Positions 26,031-40,020 of a DNA stretch of 64,000 bases are shown here, one piece after another. The DNA is from the human T2T-CHM13v2.0 reference genome, Homo sapiens. The position numbers and the translations under genes were made by a program. The notes below the pieces were generated by a model, which worked only from the letters and a program-made list of their open reading frames with translations, did no database searches and was not told the DNA's origin. Location of the stretch: NCBI RefSeq assembly GCF_009914755.1, contig NC_060925.1; one strand, given 5' to 3'. Each line of letters begins with the position of its first letter. The first letter of the stretch is position 1.

Positions 26031-27970
26031 AATTGATCCCCTTACCATTACATAATGGCCTTCTTTGTCTCTTTTTATCTTTGTTGGTTTAAAGTCTGTT
26101 TTATCAGAGACTAGGATGGCAAACCTGCCTTTTTTTGTTTTCCATTTGCTTGGTAGATCTTCCTGCATTCCTTTATTTTGAGCCTATGTGTGTCTCTGCA
26201 TGTGAGATGGGTTTCCTGAATACAGCACACTGATGGGTCTTGACTCTTTATCCAATTTGCCAGTCTGTGTCTTTTAACCAGAGCATTTAGCCCATTTACA
26301 TTTAATTAATATTGTTAATTACATTTTGTTAATTACATTTAAAAATTAACAAATTAACAATTAAAAATTAACAAATAAATTTTGTTAATTACATTTAATT
26401 AACAAAAGTTAATATTGTTATGTGTGAATTTGAGCCTGTCATTATGATGTTAGCTGGTTTGGGTAGGAAGAATCAATATTGTGAAAATGGCCATACTGCC
26501 CAAGGTAATTTATTGATTCAATGCCATCCCTATCAAGCTACCAATGACTTTCTTCACAGAATTGGAAAAAAACTAACTTAAAGTTCATATGGAACCAAAA
26601 AAGAGCCCGCATTGCCAAGTCAGTCCTAAGCCAAAAGAACAAAGCTGCAGGCATCACCCTACCTGACTTCAAACTATACTACAAGGCTACAGTAAGCAAA
26701 ACAGTATGGTACTGGTACCAAAACAGAGATATAGACCAATGGAACAGAACAGACCCCTCAGAAATAATGCCGCATATCTACAACTATCTGATCTTTGACA
26801 AACCTGACAAAAACAAGACATTAGGAAAGGATTCCCTATTTAATAAATGGTGCTGGCAAAACTGGCTAGCCATATGTAGAAAGAGGAAACTGGATCTCTT
26901 CCTTACACTGTATACAAAAAATAATTCAAGATGGATTAAAGACTTAAATGTTAGACATAAAACCATAAAAACCCTAGAAGAAAACCTAGGCAATACCATT
27001 CAGGACACAGGCATGGGCAAGGACTTCATGTCTAAAACACCAAAAGCAATGGCAACAAAAGCCAAAATTGACAAATGGGATCTAATTAAACTAAAGAGCT
27101 TCTGCACAGCAAAAGAAACTACCATCAGAGAGAACAGGCAACCTACAGAATGGGAGAAAATTTTTGTAATCTACTCATCTTGCAAAGGGCTAATATCCAG
27201 AATCTACAATGAACTCAAACAAATTTACAAGAAAAAAACAAACAACCCCTTCAAAAAGTGGGCAAAGGATATGAACAGACAATTCTCAAAAGAAGACATT
27301 TATGCAGCCAACAGACACATGAAAAAATGCTCATCATCACTGGCCATCAGAGAAATGCAAATCAAAACCACAATGAGATACCATCTCACACCAGTTAGAG
27401 TGGCGATCATTAAAAAGTGAGGAAACAACAGGTGCTGGAGAGGATGTGGAGAAATAGGAACACTTTTACACTGTTGGTGGGACTGTAAACTAGTTCAACC
27501 ATTGTGGAAGTCAGTGTGGCGATTCCTCAGGGATCTAGAACTAGAAATACCATTTGACCCAGCCATCCCATTACTGGGTATATACCCAAAGGATTATAAA
27601 TGATGCTGCTATAAAGACACATGCACACATATGTTTATTGCGGCACTATTCACAATAGCAAAGACTTGGAACCAACCCAAATGTCCAACAATGATAGACT
27701 GGATTAAGAAAATGTGGCACATATACACCATGGAATACTATGCAGCCATAAAAAAGATGAGTTCATGTCCTTTGGAGGGACATGGATGAAGCTGGAAACC
27801 ATCATTCTCAGCAAACTATCGCAAGGACAAAAAACCAATAGGAGATATACCTAATGCTAAATGACGAGTTAATGGGTGCAGCACAGCAACATGGCACATG
27901 TATACATATGTAACAAACCTGCACATGGTGCACATGTACCCTAGAACTTAAAGTATAATTAAAAAAAAAA
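26031..27970 (+). mobile_element. 5'-inverted (twin-primed) L1PA4-like element: EN segment inverted (26031-26458), ORF2 C-terminus and 3'UTR forward (26459-27970)
   Basis: TSD gaaaataaaaagctg (26016-26030) / gaaaagaaaaagctg (27971-27985); ORF 26767-27420 is an ORF2 fragment; ORF 25884-26168(-) contains ILVSDKTDFKPTKIKRDKEGHY. Confidence 0.9.
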
Positions 27971-28421
27971 GAAAAGAAAAAGCTGGTTTATCTGTAAACA
28001 AACATTTAGCATTTTAGCTACTTCCATGCATGTTTTACAATTCACAAATCTGAAATAACTTAGATTATTCTTTATGAAACTCTCAAACCCAAGAATAGAG
28101 TGATAAAAAGCAACACCTTCGAGATATCTCTAGGGAATCCAAACTTAAGAAAGCATAGGCACCTCGCTGGAGCCCTCAGGGTCCCTGCATGGCCTGAGGA
28201 TAGGTCACTACTCACTCTTGATCTGAATCAACAGATAAATTTCTGCAATCCTAGTCCTTGGAGATTTAGGACATAAGAATCCAGGAACTTTATAGGTAAT
28301 CATGATACCAATTCTACCCCCAAAATATCTTTCTCAATGGCTAATTTCTAAAATGTTACCATTCAACTTTTCGTATGTTAAGTCTCTCTTTCATTATCAG
28401 GCAAAGACCTCCCAACCCCAA

Positions 28422-28748
28422 TTGTGGTAGTCTGAATAATGGCCACCCAAAGACATTTATGTTCTAATCATTGAAACCTGTGGCTATGTTACTTTACATT
28501 GCAAAAAGGACTTTATGTGATTAAGTTAAAGATTTGGGGATGGGGAGATTATCCTGGGTTATTCAGGTGGGTCCAAAGCAATCATAGGATTCTTAAAAGA
28601 GAGAGGAAGGAAGTTGAATGAGAGAAGGTGATGTGACACTGGAACCAGCCTTTTACAGCTGAAAAAGATGAGAAAATGAATTCTGTCCCAGACCCTCCAT
28701 TAAGTTTGTGGTGATTTGTTACAGCAGCATATATAAAATGAATATACT
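28422..28748 (+). mobile_element. Internally deleted MLT1 LTR
   Basis: tgtggtagtctgaataatggcc start; aagtttgtggtgatttgttacagcagc end. Confidence 0.75.
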
Positions 28749-29114
28749 GATTTAAACCACAATCATAATTTACACTTTTGTATCTCATTTCCCAGACTGC
28801 ACTCTGGAGAATTTATTCTAGAGTACTGTAAATTGAAACCATGGGATTATAAAGTGATTCCTAGCAAGTTATGACAATGCTATAGTCTAATCACCACTGT
28901 GGATCAATAGCTTTATTGATTCTCTATGTGAACATATATCTGTAAAGATGGGAACCTTACATAAGATAACAGGTTACTGGATCCAGAAGTTGGGGTGTAT
29001 GGCATAATAAAGCCCCATCTTTGAGACCATTTAATCCCTCATTAAAGGCTTGGGTAAACAAATTTAGTTTTCTAAAACTTTTTAGAAATAACTTATTTGC
29101 TCAGAAAAAGACTT

Positions 29115-29641
29115 GGCTTTATTTCTGGGTATATACACAAAGGAATATAAATTGTTTTATCATAAAGACACACGCATGTGTATGTTCATTGCAGCAGTAT
29201 TCACAATAGCAAAGACATGGAATCAACCTAAATGCCCATCAGTGGTAGACTGGATAAACGTGGTACATACACACCATGGACTACTATGCAGCCATGAAAA
29301 GGAATGAGATCATGTCCTTTGCAGTAATATGGATGGAACTAGAGGCCATTATCCTTAGCAAACTAACACAGGAACAGAAAACCAAATACCACATGTTCTC
29401 ACTTATAATTGTGAGCTAACTGGGGAAAATAGGTGGACACAAAGAGGGGAGCAACACACTGTAGGGCCTATTGGAGGGTGGAGGGTGGGAGGAGGGAGAA
29501 TATCAGGAAAAATAACCAATGGGTACCTTGCTTAATACCTGGATGATAAAATAATCTGTAAAACAAACCCCCATGACACAGTTTACCTATATAACAAACC
29601 TGCACTTGTACCCCTTAACTTAAAATAAAAGTTAAAAAAAA
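29115..29641 (+). mobile_element. L1PA (about L1PA13) 3' end fragment
   Basis: ctgggtatatacacaaagg...ccccatgacacagtttacctat...aacttaaaataaaagttaaaaaaa. Confidence 0.85.
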
Positions 29642-30659
29642 TGACTTCACCTTTTTGCAGCTATTAACATCTCCCAAAGAGATTTCCCTTAATACAATTT
29701 TGAAACTTCAGGCATCATGTAAATATGTTAACCCGATATTTTTCTAAAAGAATTTTTAAATAAGGTCACGAGGGAAGGAATGTGAAGGTCAGTCACTCAC
29801 ACAGGTCAGGTGGAAAGGAATAAAAGAATGGTGTAGAGAAGAAGCACAGAGAAACATGAAGTTAAAAGTTCTGAAAATAATCAATTTGGGTTTTATAGTA
29901 TTCCATCACACCGACTCTGGCCTATGCCTTCAATTTATCAGAGACTGGGTAGGGCTCGGGAAGTTTTGTTGTTACTGTTTCCTGAGTCCTAACGGTTGGA
30001 AGTGGATAGTAGTGCATTCCCAGGTCATGGCGGAATTATAGTACCCTGCCAGGATCTTAATCACCTGAGAATCTAGGAGGTCTGGAACCCTGCAACCCTT
30101 CAGAAAACATGCCTGTTCACAGTATGCAATAGATAAACAGGACTAATAGGGGGAAAAAAAGACATTTTGTAGGTGTATATTAAAACTACCAACTGTCCTC
30201 CATTTATTAATCTATTCTAAGGCATATGAAGAGAGGCAGAAGAGCCCTGAGAATATATTTTCCTTCATAATGTAGGGAAACAATGAAACAATGAGGCAAT
30301 TCAAAGATCAAGATGAGATTTAAATACTGTATAAAACCTTCACCCATGAAAGACCTTTAAGTGGACAGAATCGCATCTTTTGATTGCTGATTTTATACAT
30401 CTCTGTTAAGGATAAAAATAAAACATTTTGAAACAGCCCTCTTAGGTGACTGTGGACCAAGGGCACTGAAAACTTTTATCCACCTAGTCCAGACAATATT
30501 CCTTCATCACCTTTACACTGAGCTGCTGTATATTGGCAGAAAGTGAATGTCTAACATACTTTCTACTAGAGTCTACTGCTACACCCAGAACTAATGAAAC
30601 AGTGTGTAGTCCATGATGATTATGTGGATCCTTAATTTCACAAATTTCTCCTAATAAGG

Positions 30660-33600
30660 TGTGATAGTTAATTTTAGGTGTCACCTTGACTGGATTAAGG
30701 AATATGTAGAGAACCGGGAAAGCATTACTTCTGGAAGTGTCTGTGGAGATGTTTCCATAGAAGATTGGCCTATGAGTCAGTGGACCCAGTGGAGAAGCTT
30801 CACCCTCAATGTGGGTGGGCAGCATCGAATTGGCTGGGGGCCCAGATATAACCAAAAGGCAGACGAAAGGCCAATTCTTTTCCCTCTCTTTTGGAACTCA
30901 GACACATTTCATCTGCCCTTAGACATCATAAATCAAGCTTCTCCAGGCTTTGGACCTCAGAACTTATACCAGTGGGCCCCTGGTTTCTCAGGCCTTTGGC
31001 CCCAAAATAAGAATTAGATCATCAACCTCCCCAGTTCTGGGGCTTTCAGACTTGTACTGAGCCATGCTACCAGCATCCCAGGGTCTCTCATTTGCAGGCT
31101 GTTGTGGGACTTCTCAACCACCATAATTAGGTGAACCAATTCCTCCAATAAATCTCTTCCCCTGTGCCTATATCTATACCTATGACTATATCTATATCTA
31201 TACCTATATAGATGTAGATAACCTATTCTATTGGTTCTCTTTCTCTAGAGAACACTGACAAACATAGATTGTGGTTCTGGAGGAACAGAATTTTAAGGAT
31301 GAGTTTCCTACATTGGTTTTGGAGTTTCTGGGACTAGTTCTCTAATCTGATTAGACCTCAAAACGCTAAGAACTCTACTCCTAATAGTACAGAAAACACT
31401 AATAGTCCGCGGTGTGAGCTATTATAGAGCTACACAAAATAACTGTATTTGATACTGCTTTTTTTTTTTGAGAGAGAGAGAGAGGGTCTCACTCTGTTGC
31501 CCAGGTGGGAGTGCAGTGGCACAATCTCAGCTCACTGAAACCTCCGTTTTCTGGGTTCAAGTGATTCTTGTGCCTCAGCCTCCCAAGTAGCTAGGACTAC
31601 AGGTGTGAGCCACCACACCTGGCTAATTTTTGTATTTGTATTTTTTATATTTTGGTAAGGACAGGGTTTCAACATGTTGGCCAGGCTGGTCTCAAACTCC
31701 TGACCTCAAGTGATCTGCCCACCTTGGCCTCCCAAAGTGCTGGGATCACAGGTGTGAGCCAGCATGTATTTGATACTCTTAATCAACCACTTATAAGAGG
31801 CAAGGAACTTGATAACTCTTTATATAATACTTTCAAACATTTGTGGAAAATTAAGGAATATAATGACCTTGGTTGGTTACACCTAATGTCACTGAACAAA
31901 GTGGTCAAGCTGGAAGGATGGAGATTATGCATGGTTTCAGCAACATGAACTTTCGCTCATCAACAATGACCTGGCTACCTTAATTGCTGAGTATTCAATC
32001 TGCCAGCAGCAGAGACCAACACTGAGCCTCTGACATGGCACCATTTCCTGGGGTGATCAGCCAGCTACATCATGGTAGGTTGATAACATTGGACTGCTTC
32101 CATCATGGAAGGAGCAGTGTTTTGTCCTTATTGGAATAGACACTCTCGATATAAATTTGCCTTCCTTGTGCACAATGCTTCTGTCAAAACTACTATTTGC
32201 GGACTTATGGAATGCCTTATCCTCCATCATGGTATTCCACACATCATTGCTTCTGACCAAGGAACTCATTTCACAGCCAAAGAAGTATGCCATGCACTTT
32301 TTTGGGAGAAGGGTTCATGCTCATGGAATCCACTGATCTTACCATGTACACCATCATCCTGAAGCAGCAGTCTTCATAGAACAGTGCGATGGTTTCTCAA
32401 AGTCACAGTTACTGACAGCTAGGTGACGATACTTCGCAGGGCTGGAGCAAAGTTCTCTAGAAAGCTGTATATGCTCTGAACCAGCATCAAATGTATGGAA
32501 CTATTTCTCTTATAGACAAGATTCACAGGTCCAAGTATCAAAGGGAAAAAATGGAAGTGAGACAACTCACCATTACTCATAGTAGACCACTAACAAAAAT
32601 TCCTGTTCTTGCAACTTCATGCCCTGCTGGCCTACAGATCTTAGCCCTGGAGAGAAATACAACAATGATTCCATTGAACTGGAAGTTAAGCCTGCCACCC
32701 AGCCATTTTGGCTTCTCATGTCTCTAAGCCAACAGGCTACAAAGGGATTTAAAGTGTTGGCTGGAGTGATTGACCCAAACCTCCAAAAGGAAATTGGAGT
32801 TAAGAAAGAGTATGTCTGGAATATAGGAGATCCCTTAGGGAATCTCTTAGTATTACTATGCCCTGTGATTAAGGTGAAAGGAAAATTACAACAACCCAAT
32901 CCAGGCAAGACTACAAATGGTCCAAATTCTTCAGGAAAGGTTTGGGCCACCCTACCAGGTAAAGAACCATGGCCAGCTGAGGTGCTTGCTGAAGGCGAAG
33001 GAAATACAGAATGGGTTGCAGAAGATAGCTGTAAATACTACCTATGACCACATGACCAGTTACAGAAATGAGAACTGTAATTGTCATGAGTATTTTCTCC
33101 CTCTTTTGTTAAGAATACATTTTTATGTATTGCATATATACATATATTAAGCAAATATCTTTGTTTCATTCCTCTTTTTTCTTTATGATATAATATGATT
33201 TATTGATTTTATATCAGTATTTAAGCCCTGTTAATTTTACTTCATAGTATTTAAGTTATGTGATATCAGAAGAAGAGTAAACACACCCAGGAACTTTACT
33301 TCCTCTTTTAGTGAAGGTATTAGGACATTTTTGGCTGTACACAGGATAGTTGTATCATGTTAGGCTGAACTATTCCTTTTTTATTGCCTTTTTGGAGATT
33401 AAATATGGTTTAAGGAGATCTGTATAGGTGCCAACTGGACAATGGATGGACTTGTGATGGTTGATTTCAAATGTGAACTTGACTAAATTAAGTAACACCT
33501 AGAGAGCTGATAAAGCATTGTCTCTGGATGTGTCTGTGGCAATGTTTCCATAGAGGCATGGTATATGAGTCGGTGGACTGAGTGGGGAAGATCCACCCTC

Positions 33601-34040
33601 AGTGTGGTTGGCCACCACCCAATTGCCTATAGCTCCAATAAAACAAAAGGCAGAGGAAAGGCGTGTTCTTTTCTCTCTCTCCTAGAGCCAGAACATACTT
33701 CTTATGCCCTTGGACATCAGAAGTCCAGGTTCTCCAGCTTCTGGACTCCAGGACTTACACCAGCAGACCCTCACCCAGGTTCACAGGCCTTCAGCCTCAA
33801 ACTGAGAGTAATACCATTGGTTTCTTGGGTTTTGAGGCTTTCAGACTTACACTGAGCAATGCTACCAGCATCCCAGGGTCTCCATCTTGCAGATGGCCTG
33901 TTGTGGAACTTCTCAGCCTCCACTATCAGGTGAGCCAATTCCCCTAATAAATATCCTCTCATATACCTATCTATACCTATATCTTTATATGTGTGTATCT
34001 CCTATTGATTCTGTCTCTCTGGAGAATCCTAATAAACAAA
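30660..34040 (+). mobile_element. Deleted ERV-L provirus: 5' MLT2 LTR 30660-31266, internal region 31267-33452, 3' MLT2 LTR 33453-34040
   Basis: Two homologous MLT2 LTRs; integrase remnant (GLMECLILHHGIPHIIASDQGTHF, 32105-32362); dUTPase-like remnant (LAGVIDP..GDPLG, 32619-33047); purine tract before 3' LTR. Confidence 0.9.
31457..31764 (-). mobile_element. AluS inserted in ERV-L gag region
   Basis: TSD tgtatttgatact at 31444-31456 and 31765-31777. Confidence 0.95.
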
Positions 34041-34704
34041 GAAAGGAACACGTCACCTAGGTAATGAGAGCAGTGCTTTGTCATCACAGATTCCTGACAA
34101 AATTTGTCAAGGGAGCTTCTCTTATGCTAAAGAGCCCCAAAGCGGGGAATTGGAGACAGATCTCCTTCAGAAATGATTTATAACAGTCAAGTGGAAATAG
34201 TCTACCTTTATCTGTTGTGATCCCATTCCAAGAAAAAAGGTTGGGTTCTTCTAGGAGCAGGTACAAAGATCCTACCCTTCCATAAAAAATCAGTGGCTGG
34301 TTAAGTATAAAAGAGGACTGAGGATGGGAAGGCACACTGGCAACACCAAGGTTCCTCAGGAAGTTGAGAGGGCACCTTGGGGGCATCACAGAAAAGAGGC
34401 CAGCAAAGAGAGGAGACTGTCTCCTGCAACTTAGTCACTTGGTACATTAGCAACCCAACCTGAGGGGCTCAGGACAGGAAAATCAACAACGGCACAGCTG
34501 CACCCCACAAGAATCTGGGAAGGGGATGATTCCCCCTCCTCAAAGACAGTAAGTTAGATGACCCTTCCTTTGTGACATTACAAGACTGTGGTTAGCTGGG
34601 TCTATTGAATTTTCTGCCTTCTTCCATCTTCTACTCCATAAACTTTTATTGCATTGGTTTAACCACTCTTCCAACAGCAACAATATATCCTGAAATTTCA
34701 GTAA

Positions 34705-35492
<788 letters not shown>

Positions 35493-36559
35493 TGTATGGA
35501 AATATATTCACAAAACTGTTAGATGAAAAAGTAGGTTACATGCTATAAGTAGTACATTAAATTTTAAAATACATATAGATTGATAGATATAAATAAGTAT
35601 ACACAGAGAGAGAGAGAAAGAGAAAGAGATGAAATCTAAAACTATATATACTGTATAATCTCTGGGTTGATGAAATAAGCAATTTTTATTTTTATTTTTT
35701 CTTTTAATTTGACATTTTATGATTTTCTAAGTTTGCAAATATGTATTAACTGTGGGATAGAAAAAAATGGAAAACATTCCTGAGTCCATTGTAATAGTTC
35801 ATAAGCTATAATAACTGTATGTGAATAGGTAATGTTCTAGATATCAAGTGGATATAAAATTTAAGACAGTGGGAGTTTGTTTTACACCGATTAAATTACT
35901 TATTAGCTCCGTTTGTAAATAAACATAGAATATCTACATTAGAAAAGAAAATAAAACTTCCTTGAAGAAAATGCATGTAAAACTGCTATGGATGTGGAGG
36001 TACAAGCAATATAAATGTATATTTCTCACTGTTTCTAACTAAGTACAAAATAGACACAGAAGAAAAGTGAGCATTAAAATATAGCATCGGTTTTATTGCC
36101 AAAAGGACAAGGTCTTCCCAATCAAGCTGGATTGGAGAATGTGACTCATCCCCATAACTAGAATAAGATTCCTATTTCTTCTCCCCAAACCTAGACTTTG
36201 GAAGCTGCCTGGAAGAATAAATTCTTCAAAGCACTCATCTCTAGCCAGATGCATGGAGGACCACAAGTATACTTCACACCCTGAAGGACAGAAGAAAGAG
36301 GCTAAGTGAGAGGGGGCAGTGCTTCAGGCTTGCTTCAGGTCATCCAATAGACAGCAAATCCTGCCACCTTGTCCATCAGAGAAGCCATTCGTCCTCCCAC
36401 TAAGAGAAGTGAATTAGGGTACAGAGGAAGGAAAAACCAGAAGTAATACCCCCAAAATGCACCCCTCCTGGGGGCTAAGGCAGGAATCCCCTCATCAAAA
36501 CAAGACTGAATTAAGAAGGGCTTGACCTTATGAGTACTAAGCCCATGTCTCTGTCATTG

Positions 36560-37095
36560 AGTTCCTGTGCTATCCTTTGGCACTATGATGAGGACTCGAA
36601 GAGAATGATGATGTCCTTATCTTCACAACATCACTATCAAGCTGAAGAAGAAATATGGCACACCCGAAATAATGCAATATTATAGAAAACTGTAGTGAAG
36701 TTTTAAATTGTGTACTGCCAAGTATGAATGGGTAAAAGAAGGTCAAAAAGAGTTAAAATTGTCAAGAAAAACTTCAAAGAGGCAATAAAACACCTGAGCT
36801 TCAACAGCATTTCTCTCAATTGACAGAAATGAGTCTTGATAAATAGATGTAATTGGGTATATATGGAAAAGACTTTCTGAACAAAACGAATAACAGGCAC
36901 GAAGATACTCAAATAAAAAGGTCACATTGTGTTGGGTAGTATAAGGATGACATGCAAGATGGCAGGGTGATGTCAAAGAATGAGCACTAAGATCAAGTAA
37001 TAGGGTGAATCCAGATTTACCAAGAGCCTTGAAAGCCAGGTAGAGATGTTTAGCTTTGACACAACAAGAAATGAGTACACTCTCTAAGAAACTGC
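36560..37095 (-). mobile_element. L2 relic
   Basis: gaaaaacttcaaagaggcaataaaacacctgagc; agagccttgaaagccaggtagagatgtttagcttt. Confidence 0.45.
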
Positions 37096-37746
37096 TCACT
37101 ACAGCCATCAAAACCAAGAGCCCTAAAATATTTCTGTCAATATACTAAATGGGAAGACAAGAGAAATTGTTGTTTAACAAGTCTGATATTTTCTGTTTCT
37201 GGACTGCCATACAGACATTCAGGACATACATTCAGGACAGCAGTGATAAAATATAATTAATCTGACTTAATTAGGTTGAAATAGAGTAATGCCTTATAGA
37301 GGCCAGCTTCTATTCTGATTTCGAATTAGGACCCAACATAATATTCCTATGTACATTTCTGGCCAACCTTGAGCATTTTTTTAGTTATTAGTAAGCAGGC
37401 TATACTAGAGTTGCCTTTATTATATAAAAATTATATTCTAATAAAATTTAATAGAGTGTAAAAATCTGAGATATAGCTACAATAAAAGATTTTGAATCAG
37501 CTGAAATTCATGCAAATTTTGTCTTGATTAAATGAGGCAAATATTTTATGATTCTAATAAAATGACCAAAGGCCTGTTCTCTAAATATATGTATTCCAAA
37601 ATAAAATAATATAAGCTAGACTAGAAGCAAGCAAACCTCTATCGAGGGAAATGATGATTATGCTAAAATAAAAGGGGACACTGACATGGCAATAAACCTT
37701 GATCTTGTCTGCCAAAACATAACTGAATGTCTTCTTTATTCAACAG

Positions 37747-37885
37747 ACCTTGCATGAGAAAAAAAAATGCAGTGATTGGTGCTGGGGTCAGCGGATTAGA
37801 TGCCATTAAGAGCTGCTTGGAGGAGGGACTCGAGCCTGTATGTTTTGAAAAAAGCAATGAGATTGGAGGACTGTGGAGATACGAG
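37747..37885 (+). pseudogene. FMO10P: FMO exon 2 (ATG at 37754; FAD-binding GAGVSG)
   Basis: caacag|acc; [44 protein letters not shown]|gtaatt. Confidence 0.95.
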
Positions 37886-38423
37886 GTAATTAATAAACAT
37901 TCTCATAAACTCTGATGTATCTGTATACTATGAGAGAAGTGTTTTCTTTCTAACTAGGAAACAGAACTCTGATGACGTATAACTTAGATATTCTTTAAGT
38001 GTTCTTTTCAAAGTAGTGATATCTTACATTCATATAAACCTGAAATTTTTTGAAGTGCTTACACAATCCTATTAACTTTTATCCCCCCAACAACCCTATA
38101 TGGAATACTTAGGGTATCAGTATGCAAATTTTACAGATGAGAAAGCTAAAACTCAGAAATTCTCTATAGTTTTCCAGCCTCTAGCACACTTGGTAATAAG
38201 ACTTAAGATCTGAATTCTGGTTCTGACATTTTCCTCTCTACCATAGAATCATCCTCTTTATGTTGCTTTGTGTTGTTTAATGGATGCCGAAGAAACTACC
38301 TGTACCAAGAAAGGTGTGTGTAATCATGATTATACTCATGCATAGCTTAAAGCAATAGGTTTTATATCATGGATAGTATCCCAGATGAATAGAAGTAAGC
38401 GTACTCTTAAAAATAATGTCTTC

Positions 38424-39199
38424 CATTTATGCAGCCAACAGACACATGAAAAAATGCTCATCATCACTGGCCATCAGAGAAATGCAAATCAAAACCACAA
38501 TGAGATACCATCTCACACCAGTTAGAATGGTGATTATTAAAAAGTGAGGAAACAACAGGTGCTGGAGAGGATGTGGAGAAATAAGAACACTTTTACACTG
38601 TTGGTGGGACTGTAAACTAGACAATGTGGTGATTCCTTGAGGATCTAGAACTAGAAATGCCATTTGACCCAGCCATCCCCTTACTGGGTATATACCCAAA
38701 GGATTACAAATCATGCTGCTATAAAGACACATGCACACGTATGTTTATTGTGGCACTATTCACAATAGCAAAGACTTGGAACCAACCCAAATGTCCAACA
38801 ATGATAGACTGGATTAAGAAAATGTGGAACATATACACCATGGAATACTATGCAGCCATAAAAAAGGATGAGTTCATGTCTTTGTAGGGACATGGATGAA
38901 GCTGGAAACCATCATTCTGAGCAAACTATTGCAAGGACAGAAAACCAAACACCGGGTGTTCTCACTCATAGGTGGGAATTGAACAATGAGAACACTTGGA
39001 CACAGGGTGGGGAACATCACACACTGGGGCCCATCGTGGGGTGGGGGAAGGGGGGAGGGATAGCATTAGGAGATATACCCAATGTAAGTGATGAGTTAAT
39101 GGGTGCAGCACACCAACATGGCACATGTATGCATATGTAACAAACCTGCACGTTGTGCACATGTACCCTAAAACGTAAAGTATAATTAAAAATAATAAT
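38424..39199 (+). mobile_element. L1PA5-like 3' fragment (first of tandem pair)
   Basis: catttatgcagccaacagacac start to taaagtataattaaaaat tail. Confidence 0.9.
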
Positions 39200-39216
39200 A
39201 ATAATAATGTCTTCAT

Positions 39217-40020
39217 CATTTATGCAGCCAACAGACACATGAAAAAATGCTCATCATCAATGGTCATCAGAGAAATGCAAATCAAAACCACAATGAGATA
39301 CCATCTCACACCAGTTAGAATGGCTACCATTAAAAAATCAGGAAACAACAGATGCCAGAGAGGATGTAGAGAAATAGGAATGCTTTTACACTGTTGGTGG
39401 GAGTGTAAATTAGTTCAGCCATTGTGGAAGACAGTGTGGTGATTCCTCAAGGATCTAGAACTAGAAATACCATTTGACCCAGCAATCCCATTACTGGGTA
39501 TATACCCAAAGGATTATAAATCATGCTACTATAAAGACACATGCACATGTATGTTTATTGCAGTACTATTCACAATAACAAAGACTTGGAACCAACCCAA
39601 ATGTCCATCAATGATAGCCTGGATTAAGAAAATGTGGCACATATACACTATGGAATACTATGCAGCCATAAAAAGGGATGAGTTCATGTCCTTTGCAGGG
39701 ACATGGATGAAGCTGGAAACCATCATTCTCAGCAAACTATCACAAGGACAGAAAACCAACCACCACATGTTCTCACTCATAGGTGGGAATTGATCAATGA
39801 GAACACTTGGACACAGGGCAAGGAACATCACACACCAGGGCCTGTCGGGGGTGGGGGGCTGGGGGAGGGATAGCATTAGGATAAATACCTAATGTAAATG
39901 ACGAGTTAATGGGTGCAGCACACCAACACGGAATATGTATACCTATGTATCAAACCTGCACATTGTGCACATGTACCCTAGAACTTAAAGTATAATAATA
40001 AAAATAGAAAGTATAAGTAA
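39217..40020 (+). mobile_element. L1PA7-like 3' fragment (second of tandem pair)
   Basis: Same start catttatgcagccaacagacac; older-type bases gagtgtaaattag, tgctact, tttgcaggg. Confidence 0.9.

Noticed and set aside
26767-27420. Longest ORF in the window (217 aa)
   Set aside because: C-terminal L1 ORF2 fragment in a truncated element with no RT; not a gene.
30655-34046. Possible 5-bp TSD around the ERV-L provirus (taagg vs gaaagg)
   Set aside because: Too degenerate and the LTR end is ambiguous, so not claimed.
36050-37746. Searched for promoter and non-coding exon 1 of the downstream FMO
   Set aside because: No CpG island or distinctive motif; cannot be placed from sequence alone.
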